DNA from: Candidatus Latescibacterota bacterium
GTDB taxonomy: Bacteria > Latescibacterota > UBA2968 > UBA8231
Direction of reading: 5' to 3'
Length of the DNA: 64,000 nt
NCBI GenBank assembly: GCA_965219385.1
Contig: CBDCNM010000001.1
Coordinates: forward strand, 110,631 to 174,630
This document shows positions 56,727 through 64,000 of this stretch, piece after piece; the stretch's first letter is position 1, and each line of letters starts with the position of its first letter. The translations under genes were made by a program, and so were the position numbers. The notes below the pieces were generated by a model. The model saw only the letters and a list, made by a program, of their open reading frames with translations. It was not told the DNA's origin and ran no database searches.

Positions 56727-56965
56727 GAGGGGTTTTGAGACGGCTTCTGAGGAGTTGACGGCGGCGGACCGCGATGCGAGCGCTCCGCCCGGCGGCCATC
56801 GGCTGGGGTGGGCGGCCCTGCTGGCCCGGGTGTTTGCCGCCGACCTCAGCCGCCGTTCGAGTGCGCCGGCGGACCTCCTCCGTACCGCTCCCGGCGCCGT
56901 GAGCGGTACGGAGGAGTGCTCCCTCAAAAGTACCAGGTTGACCCCTGAAACGCGCCGAAATCCTT

Positions 56966-57101
56966 TTACAACGGTGCTCGGAGCATTCCCGAACGATTCG
57001 GTGCCACGACAAGCGATTCATCCGGGACCCTGCTGGACCCTTGCGTACGGTTTCAGCGAATTGCATAGTACCGATATCGGTGCCTTATTTTTCCTATACA
57101 T
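56966..57101 (+). repeat. 136-bp intergenic repeat element, copy A
   Basis: TTACAACGGTGCTCGGAGCATTCCCGAACGATTCGGTGCC...ACCGATATCGGTGCCTTATTTTTCCTATACAT. About 95% identical to copy B. Confidence 0.8.
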
Positions 57102-57995
57102 CTACATCGGCGCGTCCAAAAGGAGAAGCAGGTTGTCAGTCGGTGGGAGGAGCCGTAGAGACGGTTTCTCGGTAGCTGCAACGATTAGCTGGTCACCGCC
57201 CCTTGGGCCGCCGACGACACCGAACGGGCGTATTTGGCCATCACGCCGGAGGTGTAGCGCGGTGGCGGCTAGACGGGCCTGCAACTCGGCTTCGTCTAGC
57301 GCTACGTCCAACCGGCCGGTCGTGGTGTCGATGGTGATGGTATCGCCGTTGTGCAGGACGGCTAGGGGGCCGCCCACCGCGGCTTCGGGAGCGGCGTGGC
57401 CGATCATCAGGCCGCGGGTAGCACCCGAAAAGCGGCCATCGGTGACCAAAGCCACGGAGTCACCCAGACCCGCCCCCATGATGGCACCGGTGACGGCTAG
57501 CATCTCGCGCATGCCCGGTCCGCCCCGGGGCCCTTCGTAGCGGATGACCACCACGTCGCCGGGCTGGATGTGGCCCTGCTCAATGGCCGGCATGACCTCG
57601 TCCTCACTGTCGAAGACGCGGGCCGGGCCCTGGGGCTGGGCGCGTTCGTGCCCGGCCAATTTTACCACCGCGCCTTCGGGGGCGAGATTGCCCTTGAGGA
57701 CAACTAGCCCACCCGATTTTTTCAGCGGTTTATCGACCGGGACCACGACCTGCTGGCCGGGGGTTTCCACGGCGCGGTCGGCCTCTTGGCCAATGGTGCG
57801 GCCCGATACAGTGAGGGCGTCCTCGTGCAGCAGGCCGGCTTCTTTGCGTCGGCGGGCCACCAAGGCGATGCCGCCGGCTTTGTCCAAGTCGGGGGCGACA
57901 AAGCCGTCGAGCATGTGGCCGCGTACCACCAGTTCCATGGAGTCGGCGATGACTTCACGCGAAATGAGCGAGGTCTTCATGCCTTCGGTGCCCAT
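57102..57995 (-). pseudogene. ilvD: dihydroxy-acid dehydratase (IlvD/EDD family) remnant: N-terminus missing, internal deletion, degenerate 3' end
   Basis: Contains [34 protein letters not shown] and [13 protein letters not shown] blocks, but at 297 aa is only about half of IlvD length. The 3' tail reads into repeat copy A. Confidence 0.65.
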
Positions 57996-58028
57996 GGTGA
58001 TGCCTCGACGGTCAGACCGCCGTCTCCT

Positions 58029-59060
58029 TCAGTCGATCATTACTTTTTCGCGGCATTGGGCGCTGTCGTACAAGGCGTCGAGTATTTGCATGAAGTGATA
58101 GGCGTCTTGGGCATCGACATCGGCTTTGACTTGGCCGGCTACGGCGCGGGCGAAGTGCTCGATTTCGTGGTAGAAGAATAGGCCGTCCGCGGACGGTTGG
58201 GTGTGGGGCATATCCGATTCTGCGGCGGATTCCTGCGCGGTGAATTGCCCGTCTTCCCAGTGCCATATAACTCCCTGAGATAGAGCACCCTCGCTGCCAT
58301 ACAGTTCCACGGTCGTAGGGGTGTCGCAGTGCAGCCAGCGCGAGCAGTCTATCTGGATGGTCTTGTCGCCTTCCAGACCGACTAAGCCGGAAAAATAATC
58401 CTCGGCCGCGCCCTCGGGGCCGTGGTACAGCGGCTCGATGGTATGCTTGACGGCAAAGGCCCACTGTGGCTTGGGACAGCCCATCCACCACCAAGCTAGG
58501 TCGAGCTCGTGCGAGGCGTGCTGGCCTAGGGCACCGCCCTTGTGACCATACACATTGGTCCAGCTTTCAAAGCTGTCGGCCGGCGGTCGCGAATTGAATT
58601 TGAGGAAAATGCGGGCGTGGTACGGCTCGCCGATGCGGCCTCCTTGTACTGCGACGCGCAATTTGCGGTTGTGGGGAAAGTGGCGCATGAAGTAGCAGAA
58701 TTGCAACGTGGTGCCGGCGCGCTCGGCGGCCGCGGCGAATTCCAAGATGTGCGCGGCCCGCACTGCGTGCGGTTTTTGCACCAAGACGTGTTTGCCGGCG
58801 GCAAAAGCGTCCACGACCATGGAGTAGCGGGCCGGTGGGTTGACGGCCAGATACACTGCCTGCACTTGGTCGTCGGCCAGCAGGTCTTGGTAGGGGCCGT
58901 ATTGGCGCGACACGCCTTCTTCGCTGGCGACGCGGCTGCGGCGCGGCTCGTCCAGATCGGCCAAAGCGGCGACATCGACTAGGGAGCTGGCCTGAGCCGC
59001 TTTGACGGCCTGTTGGCCGGCCCAGCCGCAACCGACGATGCCTAGTTTGAGTAGTTCCAT
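58029..59060 (-). CDS. Gfo/Idh/MocA family NAD(P)-dependent oxidoreductase
   Basis: LKLGIVGCGWAGQQ Rossmann N-terminus. ATG at 59060 with GGAGGA SD; the track start is an overrun. Confidence 0.8.
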   Translation of the reverse strand: MELLKLGIVGCGWAGQQAVKAAQASSLVDVAALADLDEPRRSRVASEEGVSRQYGPYQDLLADDQVQAVYLAVNPPARYSMVVDAFAAGKHVLVQKPHAVRAAHILEFAAAAERAGTTLQFCYFMRHFPHNRKLRVAVQGGRIGEPYHARIFLKFNSRPPADSFESWTNVYGHKGGALGQHASHELDLAWWWMGCPKPQWAFAVKHTIEPLYHGPEGAAEDYFSGLVGLEGDKTIQIDCSRWLHCDTPTTVELYGSEGALSQGVIWHWEDGQFTAQESAAESDMPHTQPSADGLFFYHEIEHFARAVAGQVKADVDAQDAYHFMQILDALYDSAQCREKVMID

Positions 59061-59884
59061 TATTCCTCCAGCCATTGATGATAGTGCGTCAGGGCCTCTG
59101 CCTGCAGATCGTCCCACTCGGTCAGTAGCACCAAGCGAATGGTGAACGTCAGGTGTTGGCCGGCTTGGACGTCGTCGCCGCCCAAGTGGAAGTACTGGGC
59201 GTTGTGGTAGCTGTTGTAACCCGACAGGCCCAGGCAGTCGGTGGGCCGAGCCATGAGCAGAATGGCGTGGCCGTAGCGGTGCTCTTGCAGAGTCAGGGCA
59301 TGGGCGTAGTATGGCCCCCGACGCCAGTTGAGAGGATAACCGTCGAGCCAGCGACCGTCGCGGAACACAGCTTCGGCGTCTTCATCACGCGCCCACGATT
59401 CGGCCTCGTTGTGGCCGTACCACTGCTTTTGGTACCAAGTGACGCCTTCGGGATGAGTGCGGTCGTCCTGCACGGGAAAGTACGGGGTGTAGTGGGGAGT
59501 AAAATAATTGGCGATAAAGAGTTCAAAATGTCGGTAATCGGCTGCTAGGCGGGCGCTGAAGGTGGCGTCGAGGCTATTGGGTCCAGCGATGCGGTAGTGC
59601 GCTTGCAATTCGGCTTGCACCGCAGGGCAGGCCGCCCAGCGCACCGCGACGCTATCGCCTTCCTGGACCACCTGGTCTTCTGGGGTGCGCTCGCGCGTGA
59701 TTTCGAGTTGGCGGCCGTCGGCCAGGGTGCGGTAGATATTGAGCCAAGCAAAGTCGGGCCCTTCGTCGAGGTGAAAGCTGGTCAGGCCGGTCAGACGCAA
59801 GCCTTGGGGGCCGAGGACGGTGGCGATGCCTCGACTCAGAGGGGCTTGGAAAAGAGCAGGACGGGAAACGCGGGCAAAGGCCAT
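59060..59884 (-). CDS. hypothetical protein (unknown function, His/Tyr/Trp-rich)
   Basis: 274-aa ORF whose stop overlaps the oxidoreductase start. No recognisable motif. Confidence 0.45.
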   Translation of the reverse strand: MAFARVSRPALFQAPLSRGIATVLGPQGLRLTGLTSFHLDEGPDFAWLNIYRTLADGRQLEITRERTPEDQVVQEGDSVAVRWAACPAVQAELQAHYRIAGPNSLDATFSARLAADYRHFELFIANYFTPHYTPYFPVQDDRTHPEGVTWYQKQWYGHNEAESWARDEDAEAVFRDGRWLDGYPLNWRRGPYYAHALTLQEHRYGHAILLMARPTDCLGLSGYNSYHNAQYFHLGGDDVQAGQHLTFTIRLVLLTEWDDLQAEALTHYHQWLEE

Positions 59885-59901
59885 ACAGTTCTCACTTCCA
59901 C

Positions 59902-60037
59902 TTACAACGGTGCTCGGAGCATTCCCGAACGATTCTGTGCCACGACAAGCGATTCATCAGGGACCCTGCTGGACCCTTGCGTACGGTTTCAGCGAACGGC
60001 ATAGTACCGATATCGGTGCCTTATTTTTCCTATACAT
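59902..60037 (+). repeat. 136-bp intergenic repeat element, copy B
   Basis: Full-length copy 18 nt upstream (antisense) of the 59884 start codon. Followed by AT-rich DNA leading to the APH gene. Confidence 0.8.
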
Positions 60038-60197
60038 GCTTGCATTGAATCATCCTAATTATTAGTTATACTCTAACTATCTTGCAGAAATTGCCTGCTG
60101 TCAAGAGGTGTTTTTTCGATGGTAAGTACCCTAATCAGGTAGTCGCGCCTGAGCGCTTCCAGGATAGAATAAGGACTTACCGAAAAACGAACAGGGA

Positions 60198-61193
60198 TTG
60201 AGATTGTCTTACTTTCTGCCTGCCATCGAGTCATGGTCGGACTGGTCAGCCACATTCAACGACGCGGGCTTGTGGAAACCAGTCATAGACGCGATCTGCG
60301 ACTATGAGGGAATCCATTACCAGAGGATCGAAATTCCGCGCTCGAATACAAACGCCGTCTTCATCCTCGACCAGCAACTGGTTGTCAAGATCTACAGCCC
60401 GTTCTGGTCGGAGTTCGACATGGAAGCGATTCTGATCGAAGTATTAGGAGTAAGCGGCGCAGTTCCCGTCCCAAGGATAGTTGCGTCGGGCTGGTACCAA
60501 GACAGAGTCTCGTGGAACTATCTGATTCTGCAACACTGCGCCGGGCTGACGCTTGACGCTATCAGGTCGGACATCGCGCGGGGAGACCTCGTATCTATTG
60601 CGGCTCAGGTAGGTCAGATGACCCGCACTCTGTATGAAACTCCGCTCACTCTCCTCGACGGTATCGACACGGGAGAGTCCTGGGACGACCTGGTGGATCG
60701 AAGGAGGAAGGAGGCGCTGTCCGATCTCACCGGTGGAGGAATGATAACGTCCGAGGTCGCAGACGCGCTCGACGTCATTCTGGAAGAGGTCGCAGTCAAT
60801 TCCGAGAACGCCCCGCGCGTCGTCGTTCACGGGGACCTGGAGGCCGACCACATCCTTCTCGACAGGGAAAATGGGGAGTGGAGGATAAATTTCATTATAG
60901 ATTTCGGCGATGCAAAGATCGGTGTGAGAGACTATGAGTGGATGCCTTTATGGCTCGGCCTGTTCGATAGAGACATAGAGGCGATGCGGGCTTTTCTGGA
61001 GGCGTATGATAGAAGCCTACTCACAGATGAAGAGTTCCCACGCCGTGTAATGGCATGGACGCTGCTCCACGACTTCGGAACAGACGCCGTCACCGAATTA
61101 CTTGAGAAGAGAGGTACCCCGACTCCTGTCGCGAAGCTCAGCAAGTTGCGGCAGGTACTCTGGCCGAGCCTGACAAAGCTATCCGGGGTGTAA
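60198..61193 (+). CDS. aminoglycoside phosphotransferase (APH)/protein-kinase-like fold phosphotransferase
   Basis: Catalytic loop VVHGDLEADHILLD (HGDxxxxN) and IDFGDAK (DFG-like). TTG start. GC lower than surroundings. Confidence 0.7.
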   Translation: MRLSYFLPAIESWSDWSATFNDAGLWKPVIDAICDYEGIHYQRIEIPRSNTNAVFILDQQLVVKIYSPFWSEFDMEAILIEVLGVSGAVPVPRIVASGWYQDRVSWNYLILQHCAGLTLDAIRSDIARGDLVSIAAQVGQMTRTLYETPLTLLDGIDTGESWDDLVDRRRKEALSDLTGGGMITSEVADALDVILEEVAVNSENAPRVVVHGDLEADHILLDRENGEWRINFIIDFGDAKIGVRDYEWMPLWLGLFDRDIEAMRAFLEAYDRSLLTDEEFPRRVMAWTLLHDFGTDAVTELLEKRGTPTPVAKLSKLRQVLWPSLTKLSGV

Positions 61194-61214
61194 TCGGCCC
61201 CTGCGCCGATATCA

Positions 61215-61273
61215 GCGTACGTTTGCAGCGAACGGCATAGTACCGATATCGGTGCCTTATTTTTTCTATACAT
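61215..61273 (+). repeat. partial (3' 59 bp) copy C of the 136-bp repeat element
   Basis: GCGTACGTTTGCAGCGAACGGCATAGTACCGATATCGGTGCCTTATTTTTTCTATACAT, 22 nt after the APH stop. Confidence 0.75.
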
Positions 61274-61440
61274 CGTTGGCGAACAGGAACTCGGCGTTCC
61301 TGGCGTTCGCTTCCGGATCGAGCACCCCCGGCTGCTTCCAGATGTTAGTGGGAACGGCGACCGCGTTGCCGGTCAGCACTGCGCGGGTATCGTCGACATT
61401 CATGAGTCACCACTTTGTTGGAATTGCAAAAGCCGGTTAA

Positions 61441-61641
61441 CTACCTGCGCTTGTAGAACCAACGAATGTTGGTGTCCTCGTCCAAACCAAAAATTTCCTC
61501 TATATATTCGACATCTTCATCGGTGAAATCTTCATCATCGCGGAAGGCATCGAGCAACCACTCGGACGACTCGGCAACTCCGGCCGCACGCCGGTTCCGC
61601 GGCAGGATCGATACGCCTGACTGGAGCGACTTGCCGGCCAT
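61441..61641 (-). CDS. small acidic hypothetical protein
   Basis: 66-aa ORF. No support beyond ORF length. Confidence 0.2.
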   Translation of the reverse strand: MAGKSLQSGVSILPRNRRAAGVAESSEWLLDAFRDDEDFTDEDVEYIEEIFGLDEDTNIRWFYKRR

Positions 61642-61661
61642 CTTTCCACTTTACCGGACGT

Positions 61662-61958
61662 TCAACGCAACAACAGCATCTTGCGCGTCTGCCGCTCAAC
61701 CTCCCGCACTTTGCCGGGCAGGCGCAGACGGTAGAAGTAAACCCCGCTCGCCAAAGGCCGTCCCTGGGCATTGACACCGGTCCAGGAAATCGTGTGCGTT
61801 CCGGCCGGCCGCAGGCCCTGATCCACGGCAGCCACGCGCTGCCCGTGGATGTTGAAGATTTCGAGGATTACCCGACCCGCCGACGGGATGGAATAGGAGA
61901 TCAGGGTTTCGGCGTTAAATGGATTGGGGTAGTTCTGCGCCAGCGAAAACGCGGCCGG
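61662..61958 (-). pseudogene. T9SS type A C-terminal sorting domain, in frame with but separated from the upstream M4 peptidase by a TAG codon
   Basis: Translation PAAFSLAQNYPNPFNAETLISYSIPSAGRVILEIFNIHGQRVAAVDQGLRPAGTHTISWTGVNAQGRPLASGVYFYRLRLPGKVREVERQTRKMLLLR is a canonical Por/T9SS CTD. It has no start codon of its own. Confidence 0.6.
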
Positions 61959-64000
61959 CTACGGTGTCCCAGCCTGCTCTTCGACCGCTGTGGCCCCCAC
62001 GATGCCGGCGCTGGCGGCGCTGGCGAGAATAAAGGTCGTGGGGTATTGCGAGTTGGGCACGAAGAGCAAGGGCTCTCCCAGTGATGAAAAGCCGCTATCC
62101 GTCAGCGGCAGGCGCCACAGGTCGTTAGTCGGCGTATCGACGTCGTCCCACTTGGTTATCAACTCGAAGACGATCTCGCGGTCCTCGTTGATGAATCCGG
62201 GAGAAGTGAAACCCGGATTGGCGACGTAGAGAACCCCTTCTTCACCCGTGCAAAAATCAAAAACGCTGATTTCGGTGCGCGCGTTGAGCTCGTCGACGCG
62301 CTCGTATAGCAACCGACAGTCATCGATCGTGCCGTCAGGCCGAATCGCGCTCGACAGCGAGGGATTGCCTATTTGTACGCCCTCGGGCTGTGGCGGGAAG
62401 ACGGGCCATATCGTTTCGCTCGTAGGCTCCAGCCCGTTCACCGTCCAGAAATCGATCGTTTCCCCTGCGGGACCGGGCCGGCTGTTGAAGACATCATAGT
62501 AGACATAGGTCCCGGTGGCGTCCCACTGCAGTGCGTCGGCGAAACGTGCGATATCCTGGTGGATACCGTCCTGTGTGGTCGGCTGATATAGCTCGATCCA
62601 GCGGCTGTTCTCAGGCTGAGCCAAATCGTCATACCAAATCAAGGGTTCATCGTACACTGTCGTCCCCACCAGGCGGCTGCCGTCGGGCGAAAGGGCGATA
62701 GAAGACCAGTCGCCATCGGTGTTGACTACAATCTCGTCGGTGCCGTCGGCACCGATGTAGCGCAAGTTGTTGTCGGTGTCGACGAACATCAGGAAATCGC
62801 TGTTGACCGGGGCGGTTATGGCGCGGCCCGATCCTGTAAATACCTGCGTCTTTGTCAGCCGGGTGATGAGTTCCCAGCCGTCGCTGCCCTCCAAAGGATC
62901 CGAAGTGGGCTTGACCAGCCACAGACTGTTGTCGCCGTCGAGTTCCGCGGCTACTGTGGCCACCCAGTGCGTACCCGGGTCGACTGCGACTTCAACGGGC
63001 GGCGGTTCGGGAGCCTCCTCTACGGTGATGCCGACTGCGTCATAGGCAGACAACACGGCCTCCACTTCGGTCGAGCCATCGCCGAACAGATCGCGTGCCG
63101 CGCGCTCGGCGGCAAGGCGGCAATCGATGAACTGACTGCGTTCCGCCAGGTAGCGGGCATCGAGGATGTGGTAGTAAATCCGCGCCGTCTTTTCCCGGCC
63201 TATGGCTTCTGCCACCAGGTAGGCGGCGCGATTGGGAATGCCGCTGTTGATGTGGACGCCGCCCGAGTCGAAGTCCAGGTCGAGTTCCATGAATTCATCC
63301 ATGTGCGCCGGCTGCCAGTCATAGCCGCCGGGTTCGTCTCCGTTGTGCGGATCTCGGAGATTGCGCATGGCCCCGGAGGGAAAAAACTCCTTGCTGACGA
63401 TGTCCTCGCCCATCAGCCAATCGTCGTCGTCGACCATCGCGCCGAAGATGTCGGCAAAGGATTCGTTGAGCGCGCCCGATTGGAAGCGGTATTCGAGGTT
63501 GACGGTGTGTTCGATGATCCCGTGCGTCATTTCGTGGGCGGCGACGTCCAGCGCGCCTGTGAACGGAGAGAACGCATCGCCGCCATCGCCGTAGGCCATG
63601 AGGACGCCGTTCCAGTAGGCATTTTCCATCGGCTCCCCGAATTCTGTGACGTGTACCACCGAAACCAACCCCGTACCGTCTCCGACTATGCCGCGCCGCT
63701 CGTGGTTTTCCAGGAAGTACTCATAGACTTGGCCCATGTTGGCGTGCGCGGAGACCGCAACTGGATCGGCAAATGTGTTGTCGGCACTGGCAATCCACTC
63801 AAGGGTATCGGCATCCGTATAGTAAGCGTCGAGTGTCTGCAGCGCTTCGCCGGACCAATAGAGATCATAGACGTCGTCGAACGCCTCCGATGCGCGCGAT
63901 CCGTCGATGAGATAGAACCATCCGTCGTACTCGAATGTGTGCAAGTCCACCGCGTTGCCGTGCAGGTCCACCGCGTTGCCGTGCAGGTCCACTCCGCTGC
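61959..64000 (-). CDS. M4 (thermolysin-like) zinc metallopeptidase with C-terminal beta-rich domain; N-terminus beyond window end
   Basis: HEMTHG (HExxH) and GALNESFAD (ExxxD) Zn motifs. Ends at TAG 61959-61961. Confidence 0.8.
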   Translation of the reverse strand, partial: SGVDLHGNAVDLHGNAVDLHTFEYDGWFYLIDGSRASEAFDDVYDLYWSGEALQTLDAYYTDADTLEWIASADNTFADPVAVSAHANMGQVYEYFLENHERRGIVGDGTGLVSVVHVTEFGEPMENAYWNGVLMAYGDGGDAFSPFTGALDVAAHEMTHGIIEHTVNLEYRFQSGALNESFADIFGAMVDDDDWLMGEDIVSKEFFPSGAMRNLRDPHNGDEPGGYDWQPAHMDEFMELDLDFDSGGVHINSGIPNRAAYLVAEAIGREKTARIYYHILDARYLAERSQFIDCRLAAERAARDLFGDGSTEVEAVLSAYDAVGITVEEAPEPPPVEVAVDPGTHWVATVAAELDGDNSLWLVKPTSDPLEGSDGWELITRLTKTQVFTGSGRAITAPVNSDFLMFVDTDNNLRYIGADGTDEIVVNTDGDWSSIALSPDGSRLVGTTVYDEPLIWYDDLAQPENSRWIELYQPTTQDGIHQDIARFADALQWDATGTYVYYDVFNSRPGPAGETIDFWTVNGLEPTSETIWPVFPPQPEGVQIGNPSLSSAIRPDGTIDDCRLLYERVDELNARTEISVFDFCTGEEGVLYVANPGFTSPGFINEDREIVFELITKWDDVDTPTNDLWRLPLTDSGFSSLGEPLLFVPNSQYPTTFILASAASAGIVGATAVEEQAGTP

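Larger units (their letters stand above)
55812..56757 (+). mobile_element. IS5-family insertion sequence (IS1031-like, TGA target duplication)
   Basis: Termini GAAGCCGTCTTAAAACCC... / ...GGGTTTTGAGACGGCTTC with TGA on both sides. Two overlapping transposase ORFs. Confidence 0.85.

Noticed and set aside
63948-63992. Tandem 21-bp duplication (CACCGCGTTGCCGTGCAGGTC x2, giving HGNAVDL twice) in the protease gene at the window edge
   Set aside because: A single small in-frame duplication inside a coding region. No evidence of function, and context is cut by the window end.

Overview
High-GC bacterial chromosomal window. SD-like ribosome binding sites are common, and a T9SS C-terminal sorting domain near 61.7 kb hints at a Bacteroidota-related or other T9SS-bearing lineage; the taxon is otherwise unknown.

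Main content, left to right:
- (1) An aerobic-type CO-dehydrogenase / xanthine-dehydrogenase-family cluster on the minus strand (coxM partial, coxL, coxS, coxG) with plus-strand XdhC-like and MocA-like cofactor-insertion genes. Its coxD-coxE-coxF maturation operon sits about 6 kb away at 9.4-12.8 kb, beyond a small glycan-modification cluster (WecA-like transferase, FAD oxidoreductase, SAM methyltransferase, PIG-L deacetylase).
- (2) A disrupted islet at 12.9-16.6 kb: an internally deleted IS5-family (MITE-like) copy, a WYL/HTH regulator gene interrupted by a low-GC cassette encoding two TPR ORFs separated by an A8 tract, a PD-(D/E)XK (PDDEXK_4-like) nuclease gene, and an apparently orphan ParE/RelE toxin.
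- (3) A moaA / FolC-RimK fusion / unknown TIM-barrel-like / PLP-enzyme operon.
- (4) A complete type I-E CRISPR-Cas locus on the minus strand: cas3-cse1-cse2-cas7e-cas5e-cas6e-cas1-cas2, a 49-nt leader, and an array of about 75 repeats. The repeat on the crRNA strand is GTGTTCCCCGCACACGCGGGGATGAACCG; spacers are 29-33 nt (mostly 32). The array contains duplicated and triplicated spacers. A degenerate repeat / 19-nt spacer / degenerate repeat mini-array lies exactly at the cas3-cse1 junction.
- (5) Housekeeping and metabolic genes: RraA-like, PhyH, two MFS transporters, FAH, an LbH acyltransferase, creatininase-family, queE/queC, DUF502, pckA, and two hsp20 genes preceded by twin perfect palindromes.
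- (6) An IS graveyard (ISAs1 pseudogene, ISAzo13-like fragment) next to a McrB(truncated)-McrC-like-DUF2779 operon interrupted by a second IS5-family element. A third, diverged IS5-family element sits at 42.3 kb.
- (7) An ilvD remnant, a Gfo/Idh/MocA oxidoreductase, a lower-GC APH-family kinase gene flanked by copies of a 136-bp repeat (three copies in the window), and an M4 metallopeptidase whose T9SS sorting domain is cut off by an in-frame TAG.

Most of the long ORFs in the six-frame track that lie antisense to these genes, and all ORFs inside the CRISPR array, are artefacts.
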